A DNA stretch of 64,000 nucleotides from Eledone cirrhosa. Taxonomy: Eukaryota. The notes under the pieces are model-generated. The model had not been told where the DNA came from. It made no database searches and saw only the letters and a program-made list of their open reading frames with translations. This document shows positions 56,335 through 64,000 of this stretch, in pieces (position 1 is the stretch's first letter; each line of letters starts with the position of its first letter). The stretch spans positions 79,856,001-79,920,000 of the forward strand of contig OZ024743.1 in the NCBI GenBank assembly GCA_964016885.1. Reading direction: 5' to 3'. The position numbers were made by a program, and so were the translations under genes.

Positions 56335-56552
56335 AGACTCGGACCTATGCAGTGTGACACTGTGTGACACATGGACCTACGTCACGTGACACAATGTGTT
56401 ACACACGGACCTATGTAGTGTGACACTGTGGCAAACGGATCTATGTAGTGTGACACTGTGACAAACGGATCTATGTAGTGTAGCACTCTGTGACACACGG
56501 ACATATGTCACGTGACGCTGTGTGACAAACGGACCTATATAGTGTGACAAAC
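56335..56552. repeat. About 30-bp degenerate tandem repeat within SINE-like remnants
   Basis: CGGA(C/T)CTATGTAGTGTGACACTGTG recurs about 7 times. Confidence 0.8.
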
Positions 56553-56835
56553 TACAACATATTATTGCCAGCTGAGTGTATTGCAGCAGCAGTGTCAAAT
56601 GAAATGCCTTGCTCAAGGAAACAATGCAGCAGGTATCCGCCATCTTGTGATGGAGAGCAGACATTACGTCGTCCCGCAACTTGACGAAAACATCCAACCT
56701 CTAACACTTGTGTAATATTTACCTTGTAACTGCTGTTGCTGTTGATTCTGTTGCATTTGATGGTTTCTGCTGTTGTTTTCTCCCCCCCCCCCTTTCTCCC
56801 CCTCCTCCTTCTTCTCCTCCTCCTCCTCCTCCTCC

Positions 56836-56867
<32 letters not shown>

Positions 56868-56876
56868 GTCGTCGTT

Positions 56877-56918
<42 letters not shown>

Positions 56919-57584
56919 GTCATCATCATCTCATCATCGCTGCCAAAGCACCACCATCACCGGCAACACCACTACCAACACCTCCAACATTAGAGCAACA
57001 CCTCCCCCAACCACCACCCACATAAGACCACCACCTCCCCCTAACCACTAGCACCACCAACTTCAAATCACCACCACCGACATCAGCCCCCAACCACCAC
57101 GGACATCAACCCCATCACCACCAGCACCACCACAACCACCACCACCACTACCGACTACAGCCCCTCCCCTCACCAACACCAACACCCCTACAGTAATAAC
57201 AACAACAATAACAATCGTAACTAGCGAGTTAAATAGGTTGAGTTTATGTTGTAGTTGAGGAGAAGATATTTAAATCTGTGTCCAATAAATTAATCTCCTT
57301 TGCTGGAGAGTTCAGTCTAGATTACTGACTAATAACTGGAATAATTTAGACCTAAATTTCTCATTTGTATTCATAGAACTCAATGTTTCATAATAGGGAC
57401 AGCGAGTTTGGAAGACACTGGATAATGATGATGATGATGATGATAATTATGAGATCGACAACACCCCAGACCTCACTCACAACCGAGGAGGGTAGTACTC
57501 GTCAAATAGGACCAAGGAAACAACGTTTCCATTGGTCTTTTCATTGCTGATACTATCTACAGGTTTTAACTCTGACAGAAAAAG

Positions 57585-58033
57585 CCACATGAAATAAAGT
57601 ATCTTGCTCAAGGACATAACGCATCTTCCGGGCCGAGAGTCGAACTCGCAACCACACGATTACGAATCCAATTCTCTAACCACTAAGCCACAGACATTCG
57701 CCTCATCATAATAATTGTTTCTAATTTTGGCACAAGGCCAGCAATGATCCAGTACATTACTGGTACGTTATTTTATCGACCCCGTAAGGATGTAAGGCAA
57801 AGTTAAATCGGCGGGATTTGAACTCAGATCGTAAAGGGGCGTAACTCTATGCTGCAAGGTATGGCGTCCGACCTTCTACTGATCATAATAATGCTTTGAA
57901 ACTTTGGTCCAAGGTCACCAATTCTGAGGGGACGGGAAATAAGTCGACCACAGGACTGGCCAAGAACTTTATTTTATCAACCTCGGAAAGATGAATTGTT
58001 AAGTTGCCTTCGGCGGGATTTGAACTCACATGG

Positions 58034-58065
<32 letters not shown>

Positions 58066-58361
58066 ATGATGATGATGATGATGATGATGGTGATGATGAT
58101 AATGGTGATGATGGTGATGTTGCTGCTTCTGCTGATGATGATGGTGATGATGATGATGATGATGATGATGGTGGTGATGGTGGTGGTGGTGATGATGGTG
58201 GTGGGGGTGATGATGATGATGATGATGGTCATGATCGTGATGTTGCTGCTTCTGCTGATGATGATGGTGGTGATGATGATGATGATGATGATGGTGATGG
58301 TGGTGGTGGTGATGATGGTGGTGGGGGTGATGATGATGATGATGGTCATGATCGTGATGTT

Positions 58362-58392
<31 letters not shown>

Positions 58393-58486
58393 ATGGTGAT
58401 GTTGATGATGATGGTGATGATGGTGATGATGGTGATAATGGTGTTGGTGGTGATGATGGTGATGATGGTGCTGATGGTGATGATGG

Positions 58487-58524
<38 letters not shown>

Positions 58525-58720
58525 GTGATAATATTAATAGTTTCTCCTTTAGACACAGGGCCAGAATTTTAGAGCGAAGTGGAAAGTCGATTAAATCGAA
58601 ACCAATACTTTATAGATATTTTATTTTATCGGCCCCAGGTGAGATCAAACGCAAAGTTGACCTCACTGGGATTTGAACTCGCAGTGTATAGAACCGGAAC
58701 GACACTAACGACTCTGCCTT
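57585..58720 (-). mobile_element. Cluster of SINE copies (about 57585-57700 CORE-like; 57713-57880; 57890-58030; 58550-58720) around a (GAT/GGT)n array
   Basis: Reverse-complement B boxes (GGGATTTGAACTC, GAGTCGAACTC) and SINE core; TCTTGCTCAAGGACA resembles the CORE domain. Confidence 0.75.
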
Positions 58721-58869
58721 ATGATGGTGAGGGTGATGGTAGTGGTGGTGGTGTATGTGGTGGTGATGAGAAGAAGAAGAAGAAGAAGAAGAAGAAGAAG
58801 AAGAAGAAGAAGAAGAAGAAGAAGAAGAAGAAGAAGAAGAAATAATAATAATAATAATAATAATAATGC

Positions 58870-61800
58870 TTTCTTTATTAACCACAAGGGTTTATATAAA
58901 GTAGACATTAAGCACAGTACAGGACAATACAGGACGGTACAAATGGGCATTTCTGCGTGTAAAAAAACAGAGGATGTAATAAAAATAACAATGAAAAATT
59001 CCCCAATAAGGGGGAGACTTCCGAAGGGCATTTGTGGAGAAAGCCCATTAAAAGGCCACAGTGAACCTGACCACCAGGGCAAGTGCCCTCTCCCAGTTTT
59101 CCACCTTTAATTTAAAGACACATACTCGGAGTAGGCCCATTCACTCGGGCCATACTTGCTTCTCTCACCCATCTTTCAACAAAATGCTGGGAAGAGAGCA
59201 CTTCCCTCTCTACCCTGATTTTCCTTTTCAAATGAAATTTGAAAAAGTTAATCAGGGCATCACCGAAGAGGTAAGTGCTCGTCTTCAGCCCTTTCAAACG
59301 TATCCACCATACTATCTATTTCGCCATGGCAACCAGACAGATAAAAACTGCCTGCCCTTCCCGGCTAAAGGAAGAGGGCGGGACAATCCTCACGATGGAC
59401 TCAGCTGATAGCTGGATCCGTCCTACACGTGACAGCAGGTGTTCGACATAAACCCACAAGTCAGCAATGCTCAGACACTGGACGAGTGCGTGCAGGACGG
59501 TTTCGTCACCCTGCGCGCATCTCGGACATGCCCGGCTGACGGCACCTCCATGCCTGTAGAGTTTATCCCGAACTGGCAAATCTCCTCGGTAGCACTGCCA
59601 GGCCAGGGATTTCTGGAAGTTGTCCATAGGCCCCGGCCCAAAAGTCCTTCCAAAGAGATTGGCTAATTGATTTTCGTCGACGCCTAGAGTTTCTCCAAGT
59701 ACGTCTTCGCTCTTCCCCTCCACTAATCCTCTATAGAACGCCAAGGTGGAGTGTCCACCGATCACATTGCCTGATTGGTCGAGGGCTTTGAGCGCTTGAA
59801 GACATTCCCTTCTCCAAGCGCTCCCTCTCGGTCTTCGCTTGACCCAGGACTGCAGCTCCGTCATGGAGACGAGCTGGGGAAAGACGTGTCTAGCAAACGG
59901 CGACCACACCTGATCACCGTCGAAGAAGAGGTGGAAATGTCGTAGCCTGAGCGCGTGTCTGCGCATCATCAGCCACGGCGTGCCCAGCCCTCCACGTAGC
60001 GGATGTTGACAGCAGATGGACCTCCTGACCATCGGAGCGCGTCCCTTCCACAAAAAGCGAAACTGCAAATGCTCCAGCGCAGTCAGGCGGGGCTTAGGAC
60101 AAGGTACGACGGTCAGGCGGTAGTAGATGACGGACGCGATGTACGCGTTGGCCACCTCCGCTCGACCTTTCAGGGATAACTTCCTCTCCGCCCATTTCTG
60201 GGTGAGAGAAGCCAGCCTGCTCGTCACCTCGTCCCTGTTTTTGTCCGTCTGGAGGTCCAGACCGAACCAGACCCCTAGCAATGTAACCGGTCCGTCCGTT
60301 CAGCGCCCGACGACGCTGTTGGACGGCATGGACCTGCTTCTCAAGGTGCCGAGCTGCAGGCCCACTGACTTTTCCTGGTTGATCATTGCTCCTGTCACCG
60401 CTTCGTATTCTCTTAGTGTAGTGCCGATCGCCTCGATGTGTTTGGCGTTCGACACCACTACGGTGACATCGTCGGCATATGCTGACACGGATCTTCCGCA
60501 TCCTAGTTCGCGAGGGACCCCCCTCAACGTCTCCAGTTTGTGCAGTAATGGCTCGAGAGTCAATACGTACAAGAGGGACGAGAGGGGATATCCTTGGCGG
60601 ACCGAGCGTATGATGTTGAACGGTTCCGAAAGGTGACCGTTCACTCTCACCACAGAGCAGATGTCGCTGTGCATGGCAGCGATCCAGCCTCTGAAGACGG
60701 GCCCAAAGCCAGCCGCCCTCAGGACTGCCGCTAGGTAACGATGGTCGACCCTATCGAAAGCTTTCGACTGATCTAAATTGATCAAGGGCTCACCCGTGCC
60801 AGGTTCCCTAGCTACCCTCTCTACAATGTATCAGATGAGGTGGAGGTTGTCGTGGGTGGATCTGTCGGGAATGGCGCACGTCTGCGCCTCTCCCACCAGA
60901 CCACAAACGACAAGCGCCAACCTCTTTGCCAGCACCTTGGCCAAAATCTTGAACTCTGTGTTTAGCAGAGTTATGGGCCTAAAATTATCTATGTTATCCC
61001 CCTTGTTCGGATCCTTTCTCAGCAGCGCCACCGCTCCTCGGCTCACAGAGCTTGGAATTCTCCCGTTCTGTTGCCAGTTGCAGTAGACGTCCGCCAAGAG
61101 GCCTCCGAACAAGTCTGGCATTTGTACGTAAAGTTCATAGGGCAGACCATCCAAACCAGGCGATTTACCACTTGTGCAGCCAGTCACTGCCTCCCGTACT
61201 TCAGCGGCTGTTATCGGCTTTTCGCAAGACCTCGCCTCAGTGGCCGAGAGCCGCGGCAGTCCGTCGAGGTAGACACTAAAGTCCATCCCTCGATCCGGCC
61301 CGCCGCTGCCCCAGAACAGTTGAGCGAAGTGTCGCTGAAAAGCTTCACACATTTACCCGGGATCGAGTAGCATGCGCCCGTCGTGGTCCACCAAAGACCG
61401 GACGTGGCTTTGTTGCCACGACGCGCCTCCGCCACTCGGGCCCATTGAACGGCTTTCGTCCCCTCGTGTCTGAGAGTACGCACCCTAACTCTGACAACGC
61501 AACCTTCGTGCTTTGCATTGAAGAATTGGTCAAGGCCAATTTCGCCGCAAGTACATCGGTCGCGATGCCTTTGCTAAGCGCCTCGTCTAATTTTCTAACT
61601 AATTCTCCCTCTGCTCTATTTTTCTCTATTGCCTTACTAAACCTAATGGACTCTATTCTAATCGCTCTTTTCAGGCCAAACCACCACTTGTTGTTGACGA
61701 TGGCCCCCGTCAACGCCCGCTTAACTAGTTCGCTAATCCGGTCTCTGTAGGCCTTGCGCACTGGTAACGACGCGTTTAGCTTCCAGTAGCCGGTTCCTCG

Positions 61801-64000
61801 TCTATTAAGCCTAACTAAGTCAAGCACACATATCACGAATTTGTGGTCCGTGTAGCTGATTATCTTGAATTGTGGACAGCCTATGCTAGACCTATCTATT
61901 TCCCTACAAAATACTCTATCTAGATATGATCTGGATGACCCTATGCGATTTGTCCAAGTCCACATTGGCACATTCGGGAAATCCAATCGGTACCTGTCAG
62001 ACAGTTCAAAACGCCTGAGCAGGTTGGTGAGGCTCTTGCACCCTCCTCCCCTATCCCCTGATCCCACACAGTCCCAGCGTGCATCTAAGATCCCGTTCCA
62101 GTCGCCCACTAACACTAACGAGCGGGACGTTCCAAGAAAGGTCTCCAGACGCCGGAAGAAATCAGGCCGCCCTGCTCCTGTTGGAGCATAGACGGCCACT
62201 AGCCTGAAAGCTTGCCCGTCTCCGCTGGCCACGTCTAGCAGCACCAACTTACCTTCTGGGTCCAGGAAGATGGCTCGTATGGCGAGATCCAAACCTCTCC
62301 GAAAAAGCACAGCATCTCCTCCTTCCGATCCCGGACGGCTGGGAGATGCGTACACCTCTGATCCGCCGAAGATCGGTGCGAAGGCCCGTGCTTCGGAGCT
62401 TCTGGTTTCGCTGATGGCCACTACATCTATGTTTAGTGACCTGTGCTCGTTGAGGAGGTGGCCCTGCTTCCATGACGATCCCAAGCCACGCGCATTTATG
62501 CTGCTTCTTCTGAGTGAGGTCATGTTGAAATGGAGTGGAAAAGATGGGAAAGACCACTTACCTTACTTCTCGTAGAGGAAGGATGGTTTGTCCATCCTTT
62601 TCACTGGTTGTGGCCTCCTCCGGAGGGATGTCCTTATAAATCCTCCTGGAGAGTGTTTGTCGGAAGTCTCCCATGTCTTTGTGGAATTTTTGTTTTAGTA
62701 TCGTGTACATTTTCTGTGTGATGCGAGTTATTTGTATGTGTGGAGGTGGTGTGAACTTTTGGGTTGTTGTGTAGTCTTTTGCTGTGATGCTGGTGTTGTG
62801 TTGGATGTAGTGTAATAATTGGTTGTTGTTCAAATTTAATGCTGTGTAGTGTGTATCGTTTTGGTTGTTTTGTTTTGTTTGCGTTTGTTGTGGGTTTGTT
62901 TCTGTTTCGCTTTTTGGTGACTTTTGTGGTGTTGGTGATGGTGGTGTTGGGGTTAATGATGGTGATGGTGTTGGTGTTTGTGGTGATGGGGTTGGTGATG
63001 CTGGAGTGGATGGTGGCATATCTGTCCTAACTTTTTTGTTTGATAGTTTATTTGTTTCCCTCTGTATTTTGTGTTTGGAGGGGGAGGGAAGAGAATTTGG
63101 GGGGGGGGGTTCTTTTTTTCTTTTTTCCTGATACCGTTTCCCACTCCTCGTCGTCACAATCTGTCTCCAGTTGTGATAGGCCGGGGAGTGGAAAATCCTC
63201 CACAGGCGTTGGTTTTGGTTGTGGCGTGGTGGATGATGTAGGCGCTGGTGCTAGGTCTGGCGCGTTGGGTGGTGGTGTTGTTGGTTTTACTACTGTTGCT
63301 GGGGTTGTTGCTGTTACAGTTCCTTCTGTTGTTGCTGCTACAGTTGTTGCTGCCATCTCTGCTGCTGGTGGTGTTGATGGTTGAGTCACTGGGGTGGGTA
63401 AGAGAGGTGGCCTCAACCTTTTAGCCTGAGGGCAGAAAGCCCTTACGTGGGTTCCTTCACCACAAACGACACACCTAGGCCTTCTGCCCTCGACGATTAC
63501 GGTGAGGTGGCTGCCGTCAGTGAGGTCTATTACCTCTGGGATCTCCTCAATGCTATTTTGGTCCGCTTGGATCAGGAGCTCCATCCCAGATCCGGACAAG
63601 TTCTCCTGCATTTCTTTCGCTATTTCGATTATCTTGGTGTTGGCTTCGATGCCGGCGAGGACGGCAGCTATTATCCAGGGAATTTCGATGGCCGGTGTAG
63701 CGTGGGTCATCCTGATCTTTACGAGTCTCTGGCCACAATAGCTTGGGACGAGTGTGAAGTCGTCACTTCTTAATGGGGCCATGGAGTGTTCTCTAGCCTC
63801 CTGTGGTGTTTCAAAGAACACGTCCACGGTTCCATATTTCTGCCCACGTCTGATGTGGGTTTTTTTTTGCCCACACATGTCCCAAAGCTTTTTGGATTTG
63901 GGACTCGGATGCCCGTTCCACTCGGCGCGGTTTTATATTAATTGTTCGATAAGACACGGTGCATAGGCGCCGATGGTCCATTTTATTAAGTGTGTGGGTG
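58870..64000 (-). mobile_element. Near full-length L1/Tx1-clade LINE: ORF1 (63048 to beyond 63878, CCHC) and frameshifted ORF2 (62523-59112); 5' end outside the window
   Basis: VEGRRPRCVVCGEGTHVRAFC; INARGLG, LVGDWN, YTDH, GYWKLN; NFRPITLLN, LDQSKAFD, VRQGYPLS, AYADD, CPRC...H. 3' CCCTTGTGGTTAATAAAGAAAGC followed by (ATT)n. Confidence 0.95.

Overview
Gene-poor, repeat-saturated metazoan genomic DNA. The SINE families and the density of (TA)n/(CA)n/(CAT)n/(TCTA)n repeats resemble Octopus or another coleoid cephalopod (inference). No intact host gene can be supported, and most ORF-track entries are translated microsatellites. Recognisable mobile elements are four decayed L1/Tx1-clade LINEs, four Penelope-like element (PLE) bodies, an R4/Dong-like RLE LINE, CRE-like and Ingi/Vingi-like 3' fragments, non-autonomous Helitron derivatives, a hAT MITE and many tRNA-derived SINEs. 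The main signal that the ORF track does not show is a set of about 18 type-I hammerhead ribozyme (HHR) motifs between 10.1 and 47.1 kb, found by eye, from a dozen or more unrelated sequence contexts. Most have short palindromic stem III sequences and several have a compensatory U3-A8 core. They sit in PLE 3' regions, in ORF-less fold-back palindromes, and in ORF-less direct-repeat-bounded retrozyme-like units, almost always next to (TA)n. HHRs in PLEs are established knowledge. The density, the ORF-less fold-back and over-unit-length forms, and a minisatellite-carrying unit are what merit follow-up. Coordinates were counted by hand; element ends are approximate.
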